Shown here piece after piece: positions 19,588 through 30,597 of a stretch of DNA of 64,000 bases. Source of the DNA: Nostoc sp. DedSLP01 (GTDB lineage Bacteria > Cyanobacteriota > Cyanobacteriia > Cyanobacteriales > Nostocaceae). Numbering within the stretch: the stretch's first letter is position 1; each line of letters opens with the position of its first letter. Location: contig JAVRCJ020000030.1 of assembly GCA_034530875.2 (NCBI GenBank), positions 24,939 through 88,938 on the forward strand, written 5' to 3'. Position numbers and translations under genes: made by a program. A model generated the notes under the pieces. That model ran no database searches and was not told where the DNA came from. It worked only from the letters and a program-made list of their open reading frames with translations.

Positions 19588-21057
19588 CTATAATGCTGCT
19601 TGTTGTTTGATTCGCTGCCTACGCAAGATAAATCTAAAGAGGAAATATATGGATAATGTAATATTAAAAACACTTCCAAACATCAGGGAAAAATTCCACT
19701 CGTGGGAAGTAAAAAAATACAAAACCGCAATTCCTATGACAATTTCTAGAGTACCCATTTTCGGAGAATTAAGCTTTTGCTCAAACAAAGCAAATAAAGC
19801 TCCTAAAAGTGACATTCCTATAGGTACGCCTAAAGCTCCGAAATTAGCATACATTTCTACCATCAATGGTAGATTAATAGTAGTAGAGTAATCATTTTTT
19901 TCTACATATTTGTAACGCCTCCCAAATACATTGCCTATAATTTCTGAAGGTTTATTAGGCCACAAAATACGTGGAATAAACTTTGTCAAGATGCCCAAGT
20001 AACTTTCACCATTCCAATAAGGAATTCGTTTAGGAGTATCTGCAATGATATTTGAAAAAAGTATAATGTGTGCCGTTCTGGACATAGCAGCGGCCGTCGA
20101 AGACTCTTTTTTTTCTGATTGATTCTCAGGATTAAAGTAATGTTTCATTGTAATATCTATAAACAATTGAGCCTTTTCTATCGGACTTGCATTAGAGTAT
20201 GGCCCGTACCAAGTTAACTGACGATACTCTCCTTTTACTACATTAAAAGTAATAAAAAATATCAATAATATACCAATCAACAGAAATGGGATGCGTTTGC
20301 GTTCGTAGAAAATAACTATACCCATGAACGTACCGATAAATCCAATATTTGCTAAAGCACCTCCAACAAAACGTAGAAGCAAATCGAATAAAAAACATGA
20401 ACCGACAATTAGTTTAGTTTGAAGAGATAGTTTTTCACCGCGAGACCAGAGAATATAAAACATTCCATAACCTATATTCCCAATTGCATCTGAAAGTTGA
20501 TCTACAGATGGAAGTTTAATAAAGTAAGAAAAAATAATATGCGATATTACTAATAATCTCACTGGAATTACCAGATTAGTTAAAGAATAATTAGGTAACT
20601 TCAAATAAGAAACTTTTTTCCATAGAGAAAATTTCGATACATAGAAAGACACGAGCATCGCAAGTAATCCGATCGCCGTCAGTTGCAACGACTCAGTACT
20701 AACATGAATTTGAGACCAACGACCTATGCCTAATTTCTCATGAGAAAACATAGGTAAAGCGAAGCTATTAGCGTAAAAAATGCCCATTAATGGCAGAAAT
20801 GGCATCGGTGGACGCTGACGATCTAGTAGATAATGGATACTTGGGAGAAAGGCTAGCCAGATTATATTCAGTGCAAGAATTGCTTTATCACTTGAGAGTG
20901 ATGGTGGACAGTGTTCCCATAAATAAAAACTACCTCCACCAAGACCAAATAAAAGCAATAGGCAAATTCTTTTTAAATAACTATCCTGCTTTTTTTTTAC
21001 TCGAACAACAGCAATTTCATAATGGTTTTGTGTCTGTTCGGTATAATAATTATGCAT
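19588..21057 (-). CDS. Polytopic membrane protein, Wzy/O-antigen polymerase-like
   Basis: About 10-11 TM segments with a large loop; IPRILWP.KP and E.Y.NFG..G motifs typical of Wzy-like polymerases. Confidence 0.65.
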   Translation of the reverse strand: MHNYYTEQTQNHYEIAVVRVKKKQDSYLKRICLLLLFGLGGGSFYLWEHCPPSLSSDKAILALNIIWLAFLPSIHYLLDRQRPPMPFLPLMGIFYANSFALPMFSHEKLGIGRWSQIHVSTESLQLTAIGLLAMLVSFYVSKFSLWKKVSYLKLPNYSLTNLVIPVRLLVISHIIFSYFIKLPSVDQLSDAIGNIGYGMFYILWSRGEKLSLQTKLIVGSCFLFDLLLRFVGGALANIGFIGTFMGIVIFYERKRIPFLLIGILLIFFITFNVVKGEYRQLTWYGPYSNASPIEKAQLFIDITMKHYFNPENQSEKKESSTAAAMSRTAHIILFSNIIADTPKRIPYWNGESYLGILTKFIPRILWPNKPSEIIGNVFGRRYKYVEKNDYSTTINLPLMVEMYANFGALGVPIGMSLLGALFALFEQKLNSPKMGTLEIVIGIAVLYFFTSHEWNFSLMFGSVFNITLSIYFLFRFILRRQRIKQQAAL

Positions 21058-21069
21058 TGGTTTATTTAA

Positions 21070-22314
21070 CTAATTTTTTGCTAACTTACTAAAATTGGCT
21101 AAATCCTGTATCTTCGCAAACAAAGATGAAAAAGCCGACTCGTAATTGTACTTCTCTTCAAAAGCTCGTCTAGCTGATAAACACATTTTTTCGTATTTAT
21201 CAAAGTTAGTTAATATATTTTTAACAGCAAATGCAATAGATTCAGGATTATCAGGATCGGCAAAACTAACCCAAGTCTCGCCTGCAAGATGTTCTCGATA
21301 GTCAGGCTGATCGCTAACAATCACAGGTAATCCGCAAGCAGCATATTCATAAATTTTATTTGATGCTGTTCCCATAGTTTGATGGTTAACGTTTGTTTTT
21401 TGATATAAACAAACACCTATAGAAGCCTCCCAAGTATGCCAAGGAAGTTCATTGTAGGGAACTGGCGGAACATACTGAACGCGTTCGGCTACCTGATTGC
21501 GGATAACCAAATCTTTCATTAAATCTTTTTCTTCTTCTTTAATTGGCCCGATAAGTTTAAGTTCTACGGAACTATCTAAATAACTGAGAGAATTAATTAA
21601 TTCCAGCAAAGAATTTTTTATGGAGATAGTACCTTGTAGTAATATATTAGGTTTTTGAAACCGTTCTAATATAAGTTTCGTGAAATTTACATGTTCTTTA
21701 AAATATGATTTTCTCGGGAAATTGGGTACTATCATGAGTTCCCCATTGAAATTTGTCAGCCTTTTGAATAACAAAGCTCGTTCTTGAGAGGGAAAGACAA
21801 GAAGATTAGCTTTATGTACCCACTTTAGTTCTCCTCTCTGAACCCATCCTGATAAAGAAGACAGACTAAACAACTGATAGTTTAGGTCATGATTATGGTA
21901 GATAAGTGGAGTTTGCTGATGTTGGAGTAGCCGACAAAGGTAGGCAGATGTATATCCAAAAGCATCGTAAGCATAAATTAAAGATACATTTGTGAGAAGG
22001 CGGCTTGCTTGAGCAATAAATTTAATATATTCCCATAGTTTAACCCCCGCAGAAGCTTGCTCCCGTTCTTGTACTGATGTGTATTCACCCAAACGATGAA
22101 CGCTGACATTAGAAGGATATTGCCAATGAGGAGGATGTTGATTTCGGCCAATCAAAATGATATCAAAATGTTCTGATAATAAATGAACAGCATTAATTGT
22201 TGGAGGATAGTAATCTGGGTTGGCATATATAAGTATTCCAATACTTTTTTTACCCATTGCTGTATTTGAGATAGAGTTATTAAAAATTTTTGATCCACTT
22301 AAGAATTTAAGCAA
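21070..22314 (-). CDS. Glycosyltransferase family 4
   Basis: SNKIYEYAACGLPVIVSD; the true start may be the ATG of MGKK further inside. Confidence 0.88.
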   Translation of the reverse strand: MLKFLSGSKIFNNSISNTAMGKKSIGILIYANPDYYPPTINAVHLLSEHFDIILIGRNQHPPHWQYPSNVSVHRLGEYTSVQEREQASAGVKLWEYIKFIAQASRLLTNVSLIYAYDAFGYTSAYLCRLLQHQQTPLIYHNHDLNYQLFSLSSLSGWVQRGELKWVHKANLLVFPSQERALLFKRLTNFNGELMIVPNFPRKSYFKEHVNFTKLILERFQKPNILLQGTISIKNSLLELINSLSYLDSSVELKLIGPIKEEEKDLMKDLVIRNQVAERVQYVPPVPYNELPWHTWEASIGVCLYQKTNVNHQTMGTASNKIYEYAACGLPVIVSDQPDYREHLAGETWVSFADPDNPESIAFAVKNILTNFDKYEKMCLSARRAFEEKYNYESAFSSLFAKIQDLANFSKLAKN

Positions 22315-22322
22315 AGCAAGAT

Positions 22323-23288
22323 TTAATGGGAATTATTAAAGGCTGATTTCATGTTATGAACCAGTAAATCTGGTGGTTGCATAGACTCAGGATCGAAACC
22401 CCCCTCAAATACAGTTTGGCTGACATCGGCAGAGAAAACACCTGCATGGAAATGTGCTGGATGCCATATAGTAGGGCACTTTCCTAAATACGAAGCCCAG
22501 TAGCTAAATGTACTTCCACTAGAAGTAATTAAGACCTTACTTTGAGATAAAGTAAGCATATCGGATAAAGCAGAGGCAGTAGATGCACGCGAAATTTGGG
22601 AAAGCGTGAGTAATTCACTTAGCTCGCGATCGCGACCATCTGAGAATATAGTCACAGGCACATCATAACCAGCAATTGCCCGAATAGCATCAATAACCCT
22701 AATAAACCAACTAAAAGGAGTGCGAACACCACCTAATTTAGTAAAATCATCCTCTGGTTTTAGGGCTTTAAAGTCACCCATTCTAATATGAATTCCGATT
22801 TGGGGTGCTGGACGCACAGAAATAGCTTCAAGTACAGAGGGACGAATAGTAGTAAGTAATTTCTCCTTGATAATGGGTTGATATTCTTTTAAATCTACAA
22901 AGAAGTCGCTCCAATGCGGCAATTGGTTAAAAATAAATAAATAAAAATTTGCTTCTGATGGTTCTAAATTAAATAGTTCTATCTTAGATATGGCAGGATT
23001 GTGATAAATATGTATGTTCTTTTTTAACCTTGCCATGAAATAATTAATCGACGATACATAATTTTTGTTAGAAAATAGATGACCGTAATATCTTTTATCT
23101 CGTTCGCCTCTTATATAAGGCCCAATTACCAACTTACCCCAAGCTGGGGCAACAATATGAAGGTCATTAATATGAGCAAATAAAACAGCTCTAGCCCAAA
23201 CTAAAAGCATATTGCCTAAGCCCGCTTTTGGTAATTTGGGATAGACTAAAAATTTATATTTTTTAGACATCTGCATACATTTTGGCAA
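22323..23288 (-). CDS. GT11-like alpha-1,2-fucosyltransferase family protein
   Basis: AGLGNML (GxGNQ-like), IHIRMGDF (HxRxGD), STFSYWA motifs. Confidence 0.75.
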   Translation of the reverse strand: MPKCMQMSKKYKFLVYPKLPKAGLGNMLLVWARAVLFAHINDLHIVAPAWGKLVIGPYIRGERDKRYYGHLFSNKNYVSSINYFMARLKKNIHIYHNPAISKIELFNLEPSEANFYLFIFNQLPHWSDFFVDLKEYQPIIKEKLLTTIRPSVLEAISVRPAPQIGIHIRMGDFKALKPEDDFTKLGGVRTPFSWFIRVIDAIRAIAGYDVPVTIFSDGRDRELSELLTLSQISRASTASALSDMLTLSQSKVLITSSGSTFSYWASYLGKCPTIWHPAHFHAGVFSADVSQTVFEGGFDPESMQPPDLLVHNMKSAFNNSH

Positions 23289-23316
23289 TAATTAATTGAT
23301 ATAAATAAACTTAAAT

Positions 23317-24465
23317 TTACTGTAATATCTTTGAATAAGCACTAATTATTTTCTGTCCGTAGTCATCCCAAGAAAGAGATTTACGAGCCTGCTTTAAAGC
23401 GTTATTTGCCATTTCAAGTCGCCTATCGGGGTTTTCATATAAAAAAAGAATTTTTTCTTTAATAGCCTCTACATCTCGAATAGGCACGCAAAAACCATCA
23501 ATCCCATCTCGTACAATATCCTCACCACCTGTATTAGTGGTATGAATTATAGGTAGCCCGCAAGCCATTGCTTGAGGTTGAACCATTGCTAAACCTTCTT
23601 CGATTGATGCAAGGCAAAATACCGAACATTGGGAATAGAACCATCGCAATTGATTTTGAGGCTGCTTACCTTTGTAGATAATTTTATCGTTCTGATATTT
23701 TGCTAAAAAAGGCTCTATTTCTGGATCGGTTGAACCTACAAACCAAAGTTCGGCATCTGGTAAATTTAATTCATGAAAAGCTTGCAATAAGTACTGTACG
23801 CCTTTACGCAGTGAAATAGTACCACAGTGAATAACTCGAAAGATATTATCTTCCTTTGGAACTGGATAAAATTCTGCTAAAGAAGTTCCATAAGGAACAT
23901 GAATGAGCTTCTTTTCTGGTATTCCCTGTTCTAAAAAAGTTCGCTTCACGAAGAGACTAGGAATAGCAATTTTATCAGCATCATCATAAGATTTGATTTC
24001 TCTTGTATATATTCCAGGATGAGTTTCTGTAAATTGCAATCCCCACCTTTCATATTCTTCTTTGAGAATTTCTGTTTGGTAATGTATGTGGCTGCTACCG
24101 CGCTCGATTATTGTTTTAGCGCCGAGTTCTTTAGCCTTATGCACAGACCAAAAACTAGCTCCCGACCAACCTACAAATAAGTCAAAGCCAGGTGATAATA
24201 ATTTTGTGACTGAGGAATCAAACTGCTCTAAAAACCATAATTGTAAGTTGCGATCGCCCCTTAGCCAATTTGGTAATCGATACCAACTACGCGATAGAAC
24301 TTCTAAATACCAAATAGAACTAATAAAATCTCTATCAATACCATACTTAGTAATTTCAAAAGTTGGATATGTAGAAATTAACCTATGTAAATAATCTCTT
24401 TTTTGCAATTGCTGGGCTAGGTAAAATCCCCAAAAACGCCCAAAAACCGATATAGTAACTTTCAT
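23317..24465 (-). CDS. Glycosyltransferase family 4
   Basis: RKGVQYLL.AF; SIEEGLAMVQPQAMACGLP. Confidence 0.9.
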   Translation of the reverse strand: MKVTISVFGRFWGFYLAQQLQKRDYLHRLISTYPTFEITKYGIDRDFISSIWYLEVLSRSWYRLPNWLRGDRNLQLWFLEQFDSSVTKLLSPGFDLFVGWSGASFWSVHKAKELGAKTIIERGSSHIHYQTEILKEEYERWGLQFTETHPGIYTREIKSYDDADKIAIPSLFVKRTFLEQGIPEKKLIHVPYGTSLAEFYPVPKEDNIFRVIHCGTISLRKGVQYLLQAFHELNLPDAELWFVGSTDPEIEPFLAKYQNDKIIYKGKQPQNQLRWFYSQCSVFCLASIEEGLAMVQPQAMACGLPIIHTTNTGGEDIVRDGIDGFCVPIRDVEAIKEKILFLYENPDRRLEMANNALKQARKSLSWDDYGQKIISAYSKILQ

Positions 24466-24487
24466 TATTAAGAATAAAAACCGATTG

Positions 24488-25318
24488 CTAGATTTTTTCA
24501 GCCATCACGATAACAACATCTTGCTGACTTTTAGCCACTGCTTTTTCTGGAAACGCATCCCATGAATTATAAAACCCTCGAATTTTAAAGCCATATTTCG
24601 GAAGATTATTTTCAAAAAATTCACTTGAAAAACCTAATGGATGGACTGCTCCTATAATAGATAAAGATTGTTTGCCAAATTTTGTATAATCAAAATTTGG
24701 TACTTCAATCAAAAGTAAACCTTTACTATTCAGAAGCAAGTAAATATCTTTAAAGATAGTTGAGAGATCGGTAAAATGCTCTAGAGTATGTGCTGTATAA
24801 ACAATATCAAACAGTCTGCAATCCAGCTTGTTAATATTTTCAACAATCTCTACTCCCAGATTTTGGATTCCAAATAAACGGCGTGGCTCGCTAATTTCTA
24901 AACCAGTCACTTTAAATCCATACTGTTGTGCTTGATAAAGAAAATATCCCCAAGACGAACCAAGTTCTAGGAGATTACCTTCTGGAGAAAGTAACTTAAT
25001 TGCTTTGAGTCGATCGCCAAAGTATTTATCCGATCCTTGGAAACAATTGTTTTTTAGTGCAATTAATTCATCATTACTTGGTAGGCGAGTAATAGAACCC
25101 TCGGCAGAGTAGAAGTAATCATACAAACTAGATGTGAGTAAAGGCTGATAAATCGGGCTTGTAAAACATAGTTTGCAAGAACAGCATTGCTTAACTTCCA
25201 CTAAAATATATTTTCTGGCTATTGTTTGATAATGTTGAGTTTTACAATGAGGGCAAAACTCTTGTTTTCTGAACAAGGACTGTGTTAAAAATTCTAATCT
25301 TGGTAGTATGTTGCTCAT
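24488..25318 (-). CDS. Class I SAM-dependent methyltransferase with N-terminal Cys4 motif
   Basis: CPHC...CCSC; LLELGSSWGYFL; HTLEH; IEVPN. Confidence 0.85.
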   Translation of the reverse strand: MSNILPRLEFLTQSLFRKQEFCPHCKTQHYQTIARKYILVEVKQCCSCKLCFTSPIYQPLLTSSLYDYFYSAEGSITRLPSNDELIALKNNCFQGSDKYFGDRLKAIKLLSPEGNLLELGSSWGYFLYQAQQYGFKVTGLEISEPRRLFGIQNLGVEIVENINKLDCRLFDIVYTAHTLEHFTDLSTIFKDIYLLLNSKGLLLIEVPNFDYTKFGKQSLSIIGAVHPLGFSSEFFENNLPKYGFKIRGFYNSWDAFPEKAVAKSQQDVVIVMAEKI

Positions 25319-25385
25319 TTATTTTTGATTTACTTTTCAATCTCTAACCTTGGTTTTATTAAAAATAAATGGTAAAACTGTAGAA

Positions 25386-26420
25386 CTAAACTTGTAATTT
25401 TTTAGATTTAATATTATTGTAAATACTGAAAATTTCTAAAATTCTATGGCTAATTTTATTTTTTAATGTTTTTTGATAACCAGCTTTATTAATAGCTTCA
25501 ACTACATCAGAATTGTTTAAAAGATATTCAAACTTTCGTCTTAATTCATCAGGATCGGAAAAATAAACTGCTTCTTTATCTTCTACAAATAAATTTAGTA
25601 ATTCCTCACTTCTTTCACTAAGCATCAATCTGCCTGTTGCAGGAATTTCGTAAGTTCTAATGTTATGTCCATCTTCATTTTGAGGACGGAGAATATTAAG
25701 ACCCATTTTAGCAGAGCCTAAAACTTGAGGAATTTCTTGGTAACTGCACATTCCTTGACACAGACCTTTTAAAGAGGCTTCTTGGCAATGAGTATTCCAG
25801 TAATTTGAACCCCAAAGTCCTAATCGATAATCAGCGATCGCTTTTAAATATCGCTCTCGTTTACGGCTAGCATCCCAGTTACCGATAAATGCCAAATCGT
25901 ATATTGGATTAGTTTGTCGTTGAGGAAAATGATATTCAACATCGCTACAAAAGGGATGAAAAAAAGCTTGTTTAACACCATTTTTATTTAAACGCTCAAC
26001 AAGTTGCTGACTCCAAATAAAAGCTGCATCCCATAAGGGAAATCCACGTTTTATCCAGGAATTAGTGTGGGTATGATGAGCATCTACAGGGTTATCTGTA
26101 TAAAATACAAAGGCTAAACCATTTTGCTGTAAAGCCAAAATACTATCAGGGTGAATTAGCCGAGGTGAAATGACTAAAGTTAAATCAGGTTGAAACTGAT
26201 TTGCCTGTTCTACTAATTTAGAATTCGCTGACTTTGCTAGTAGTTGCCATGCTAATCGCCAAGCAACTCTATCCCACAAGCTACCCAAAGATAAATTAGA
26301 TGTTACTTCTTTCCAGCTGAAATGTTGTACCTTACATCCGAAGGCAGAAAACCCTCGTCCGTACAGTTCCTCGGTACGCCCTATTTCTAATTCTTCTCCT
26401 ACAATTAATACTTTTTTCAT
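25386..26420 (-). CDS. Glycosyltransferase, CgeB-like (Glyco_trans_1_2)
   Basis: YDLAFIGN; LNILR...HNIRTYEIPATG..MLSE; LF.EDKEAV.F. Confidence 0.82.
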   Translation of the reverse strand: MKKVLIVGEELEIGRTEELYGRGFSAFGCKVQHFSWKEVTSNLSLGSLWDRVAWRLAWQLLAKSANSKLVEQANQFQPDLTLVISPRLIHPDSILALQQNGLAFVFYTDNPVDAHHTHTNSWIKRGFPLWDAAFIWSQQLVERLNKNGVKQAFFHPFCSDVEYHFPQRQTNPIYDLAFIGNWDASRKRERYLKAIADYRLGLWGSNYWNTHCQEASLKGLCQGMCSYQEIPQVLGSAKMGLNILRPQNEDGHNIRTYEIPATGRLMLSERSEELLNLFVEDKEAVYFSDPDELRRKFEYLLNNSDVVEAINKAGYQKTLKNKISHRILEIFSIYNNIKSKKLQV

Positions 26421-26489
26421 TTCAGGTATTTTTACTTACAAAGTAAATCTAAATAAGTTGCCAACAATCAATAAATATGTTTGCTACTC

Positions 26490-27407
26490 TCATTTTTTAA
26501 AATATCCTACTATCCATTCTCCTCTTTGAAAGCGATTGCCTAAATTATTTATAATAATTGGTAAATAGTATTTGAAAAATGGCTTAACAGAAATATTCTG
26601 CCATTTTTTTCTAGTTAAAAGTCCATCGTAAAACATGGGGTAATAAGTTCTATCTCCCATGCTCGTAGTAAATACATTGATTGATTCAAATAGCATCAAG
26701 CTAGTCAAATTTATTAGAGATTTTGGAGAAAAGCCGAGAACGTGCATGTCAGGGTAAACAGCACAAGTTAATCTTGGTTTCTCCGACCTCAGCCGCCGAA
26801 ATATATTCACCACCATAGAACATAGTGGTTCGCAATTCGGCACAATAATCATCAAAATGCCGCCTGGCTTGAGAATGCGATGTAATTTTGCCAAAAATTC
26901 TTGTGGTTCTGGTACGTGTTCTAGAACATGAGATATCCGAATAACATCAAATGTATTTTCGGAGAATTCATCTAAGTTAGACGTATATTTAATATTAAAA
27001 TTATTTTTAGCAAAATAAGTACCATGTTCGCTTTCTTCAGCACCGAATACCTGCCAATTTTTATTTTTAGCTATTGCTAGAAATATCCCTATACCGCAAC
27101 CAATATCAATAATTTTTTTTCCTGGAGCTAACTTTTCTAAAACAGTAAGCTGTCTTGAATAAGCTTCTTCCATGTCACTAATAAAACTATCAACCCAACT
27201 CTGAGGGCAATCCTTAAGGTCTTCATACCAATCGTTATCATTAGCAGAATTAGGACGGATAGATTTTTTCAAAAAAGATAAATCGCAAGAATGGCAATGA
27301 ATGACTTCTGCTGACAATGATGTTCCAATTACTAAGCCTTGGTTTCCACATGAAGGACATTGATATTCGCGATTAGCTGCAAATTGAGTTAGTTTCTGTT
27401 CCAGCAT
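26490..27407 (-). CDS. Class I SAM-dependent methyltransferase with N-terminal Cys4 motif
   Basis: CPSC...CHSC; IDIGCGIG; HVLEHV; LKPGG.L.I.VPN. Confidence 0.9.
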   Translation of the reverse strand: MLEQKLTQFAANREYQCPSCGNQGLVIGTSLSAEVIHCHSCDLSFLKKSIRPNSANDNDWYEDLKDCPQSWVDSFISDMEEAYSRQLTVLEKLAPGKKIIDIGCGIGIFLAIAKNKNWQVFGAEESEHGTYFAKNNFNIKYTSNLDEFSENTFDVIRISHVLEHVPEPQEFLAKLHRILKPGGILMIIVPNCEPLCSMVVNIFRRLRSEKPRLTCAVYPDMHVLGFSPKSLINLTSLMLFESINVFTTSMGDRTYYPMFYDGLLTRKKWQNISVKPFFKYYLPIIINNLGNRFQRGEWIVGYFKK

Positions 27408-27503
27408 AAGTATCTTTCTTATTGTTATGTAATTTTTTTTAAATCAAATTAATGCTTTAGGTTCGCTAATTTATAACCACACATTTAATAAATAGATTAA
27501 TAA

Positions 27504-28694
27504 TTATGTTGATACCAGGGAATTTAAAGCTTGTTTGAGTCCTTGTATATCTTCTTGATAGCTCCACTTCTGAATTATTTGGAGGCTGCAATCTCCAGCC
27601 AAATTATAGTTAGCGATCGCCCAGCGAATTGACTCTGCTAAAGCCGCAATATCCCCTACAGGATAAATCCGTCCATTTTGTTTTTCTTTCACTAAATTCA
27701 ATGCACAGCCTACCCGATCGCTCACAACTACTGCTTTACCTGCATTCATGACTTCATTGATTGCTAATCCCCAAGGCTCGAAACCAGATGGTAAAACAAA
27801 TACGTCGCACAAATCGTACATAACAGGCATTTGAGATTGATTCTGAAAACCTAAAAAGCGAATTGACTGCCAACCTGTTTCTTGGGCTTGAGATTCCAGA
27901 GTTGGGCGTAATACTCCATCTCCCACAAACAAAAGGTAAGGCTCTGGCTCTTGCACGCCATCGGATGAAAGCAATCGATAAGCCGCTAACAAATCATAGG
28001 GACGCTTAACATCAATGAGTTTGGCAGCATAAAGAATAATCGGTCTATGTGGATCTAAATTGAGCGATCGCCGTAGTTCTTCGCGCTTAGCGCTAGCTAG
28101 TATCGCCCGCTTCTGGAAATAGTCATTATCAACGGCATACGGCATAGAAAACAGGCGATCGTCCTCAATCCCATAACTCTTGTAAAACTGATAGTTGGAA
28201 GTTCCTATGTACAAAAACCCAGCAATTTTCTCAAACAGCCATTTCAAAAAAACTCTTTTTAATTTTTCTTTAATGAGATTGCTCGGTTTGCTTAAGTTAT
28301 TAGCTTCTCCTCTGAGCAACACAGGAATCTCCAAGTGATTTGCTGCTAATACTGCTTGGATACCACAAAACCAAGACCATCCATGCACCCAAACCGCATC
28401 AAATTGACCTTGTTTTAACTGTTGAAAAATATCTTTAGCAAGAGATTGTTGTAAACCACTTTGCTGTTTATTACTCCGCCAACAGTCTAAAAAGTGATAA
28501 TCATAGCCCTCTGTTAGAGGCACATCCCACTCAATTAATCGTCCAAAACCTTCATCTTGATATGCTTTTAAAGAAAAATCACTGTAGAAAAAAACTTTGA
28601 GATCGATTTCAAAGTCAGCTGCGATCGCTCGCAACAAAGGAGCCTGATACTGAATTGGATGAGAAACAAAGTAAGCTAAATGCAGCATTAGCAA
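27504..28694 (-). CDS. Glycosyltransferase family 4
   Basis: SHPIQYQAPL; LPSGFEPWGLAINEVMNAG. Confidence 0.92.
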   Translation of the reverse strand: MLMLHLAYFVSHPIQYQAPLLRAIAADFEIDLKVFFYSDFSLKAYQDEGFGRLIEWDVPLTEGYDYHFLDCWRSNKQQSGLQQSLAKDIFQQLKQGQFDAVWVHGWSWFCGIQAVLAANHLEIPVLLRGEANNLSKPSNLIKEKLKRVFLKWLFEKIAGFLYIGTSNYQFYKSYGIEDDRLFSMPYAVDNDYFQKRAILASAKREELRRSLNLDPHRPIILYAAKLIDVKRPYDLLAAYRLLSSDGVQEPEPYLLFVGDGVLRPTLESQAQETGWQSIRFLGFQNQSQMPVMYDLCDVFVLPSGFEPWGLAINEVMNAGKAVVVSDRVGCALNLVKEKQNGRIYPVGDIAALAESIRWAIANYNLAGDCSLQIIQKWSYQEDIQGLKQALNSLVST

Positions 28695-28729
28695 GCAAGG
28701 TTGTGAAGGTATATAGTATTTATTTAGTA

Positions 28730-29506
28730 TTAATGATTGCTGTGAGATGGTTTAACTACTTGTACATACAGTGAAAAAGGCACGCTTGGATTCAAATAAT
28801 CCAATCGTTGTAAAGGTAAAGCGAGAAGAAATAAGGGTATTGCTGGTATCTCTCCCAATTTGCATCTGACAGCCACCATTGCCTTGTCTAAGGCTACTAA
28901 TAATGGAGAACCTAATCCTACACTTTTGACAATTTGAAAACCTACTGGTTGTAAAAGCTTTTTATAGCTTTCCAGTGTGTAGCCATCTCGAACGTGGCCT
29001 CCATCTTCTGGATCGTCTATACGTCCTAAATTATGGTCTGGGTGTAGTGAAAACGGACAGCACAAATGTAGAACACCTCCGGGTTTGAGGATATCATAAA
29101 AATATTTCACGATCGCATCATCCTTCTGGATATGCTCTAGAGTTTCACTACAAATAATTTGATCGAACTTACGATTTAGTTGAGATAGATCGTAAAGGTT
29201 ACAAACTTGGAACTGTAACCGTTCTGGATCGGTATTCAGTGCAGAGAAAAAAGTACGAGCTTTTTCTACTTGTGTGCGATCGTAAGTTACACCTAATACG
29301 CGATTACCCAGATTGTAAGCAGCATAAGAGAGCGCACCATTACCAAATCCAGCATCTAGTGTCTCAATTTCTCCAGAGCGAAAGAATTTTGGTAAAAAGT
29401 GGCTACGACATCTTGTGTGTAAATCAATTCCAGGAAACAACAATCTCTTGCCTAATAATTTTATTTGAGAGATTGGAGATTGTTCTGCAACTATAGATTG
29501 TTCCAT
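28730..29506 (-). CDS. Class I SAM-dependent methyltransferase
   Basis: LDAGFGNG; FDQIICSETLEHI; LKPGG; GGHVRDGY. Confidence 0.88.
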   Translation of the reverse strand: MEQSIVAEQSPISQIKLLGKRLLFPGIDLHTRCRSHFLPKFFRSGEIETLDAGFGNGALSYAAYNLGNRVLGVTYDRTQVEKARTFFSALNTDPERLQFQVCNLYDLSQLNRKFDQIICSETLEHIQKDDAIVKYFYDILKPGGVLHLCCPFSLHPDHNLGRIDDPEDGGHVRDGYTLESYKKLLQPVGFQIVKSVGLGSPLLVALDKAMVAVRCKLGEIPAIPLFLLALPLQRLDYLNPSVPFSLYVQVVKPSHSNH

Positions 29507-29619
29507 GCTCGAAATTTATCCCTTTTTTACACTTGAAGACATTTGTTAAATAGCTTTGTGCGTTTACTTTTTTCATTTAGAAGATATGGTGTTGGATAAT
29601 ACTTAATATCTCAAAACCA

Positions 29620-30597
29620 TCAACCCAGAAAAGTTGTTGCCAGCCGAGGAAGTCCGCGACTGTAGAATAAACTAGCCCAATAGCCACCTCCACAGTAGTG
29701 TCCAGCTACCAGGCCGGGTTCATCTGTACTTGGGCAAATTGCATAGGTATCTGGTAAGGCAACGGTATTTGATTTGCTTAATTCCATAGCCCATAGAGTT
29801 AGTTCAGCATAATAATTACCTGTACCATCTGCATTCCAAAAATGAGGATGTTGCAGATATCGCTCTATCCTCTCAAAATCTAGAGTATCTTTACGAGAAC
29901 GAACCACGCCAGGATTAAATTTTTCGATACAATCTTTTCCTAATAAATTTGCTAATTCTGTTGATTGCAAGCAATATCTATAACCATTATCAGGAGAATA
30001 TAAATTAGTTACCTCAGAAGGATATGCAGTAGCTTTCATTCCTGCAATCAGTTCTTTAGGGTGAGAAAAAAATAAGACGTCAGAATCTAGCAATATAAAA
30101 AAGTTATTTTTTGAGAAAAAAAACGGATCGAATAATTTCAGCGCAAAAATCAGTTGCTGACGGAATTGGGCACATTTGATTAGTCCTCTACTAGTAAAAT
30201 AACTAATCACTACTGAGTCTGCTGTCTCCCTGTCTATAATCTGACATTGAGGAAAAACTTTATTTAATATCTCTAAATCTAAATTAGTTAAAGACCCATC
30301 ATTATGGACTACTATTCGGCATGGTTGAGCGCAAAAATAAGCAAAAGAATATAATGACCACAAACCTTCATAAATGCGTTTATGATGCAGAAGCATGTGT
30401 ACTTCGATCGCACCTTCTCCTGCGGAAATAGGCTTGGCGTTTAAGATATTAGTTAGGTAGTAACGTTTAGCTAGATTCATCTTAATCGCTCCTGGAATAG
30501 TGAGCGCCCTAAGTTGATGAATCTTGAGAAGTGCTTTACCAAGTTTGAGCTTGCGAACGTTTGTTTGCAGCAATTTTATTAATTGATTTTCACTCAT
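29620..30597 (-). CDS. Putative GT-A fold glycosyltransferase
   Basis: VHNDGSL; KLFD; LLDSDVLFF (DxD); FNPG; late HY; stop/start overlap with the upstream GT. Confidence 0.6.
   Translation of the reverse strand: MSENQLIKLLQTNVRKLKLGKALLKIHQLRALTIPGAIKMNLAKRYYLTNILNAKPISAGEGAIEVHMLLHHKRIYEGLWSLYSFAYFCAQPCRIVVHNDGSLTNLDLEILNKVFPQCQIIDRETADSVVISYFTSRGLIKCAQFRQQLIFALKLFDPFFFSKNNFFILLDSDVLFFSHPKELIAGMKATAYPSEVTNLYSPDNGYRYCLQSTELANLLGKDCIEKFNPGVVRSRKDTLDFERIERYLQHPHFWNADGTGNYYAELTLWAMELSKSNTVALPDTYAICPSTDEPGLVAGHYCGGGYWASLFYSRGLPRLATTFLG

Noticed and set aside
28064..28106. Third SDR5-like insertion (HIP1 followed by a downstream ATCGC) in a GT4 gene
   Set aside because: The spacing is not 24 nt, there are no twin mini-stems, and the protein shows no evident insertion.
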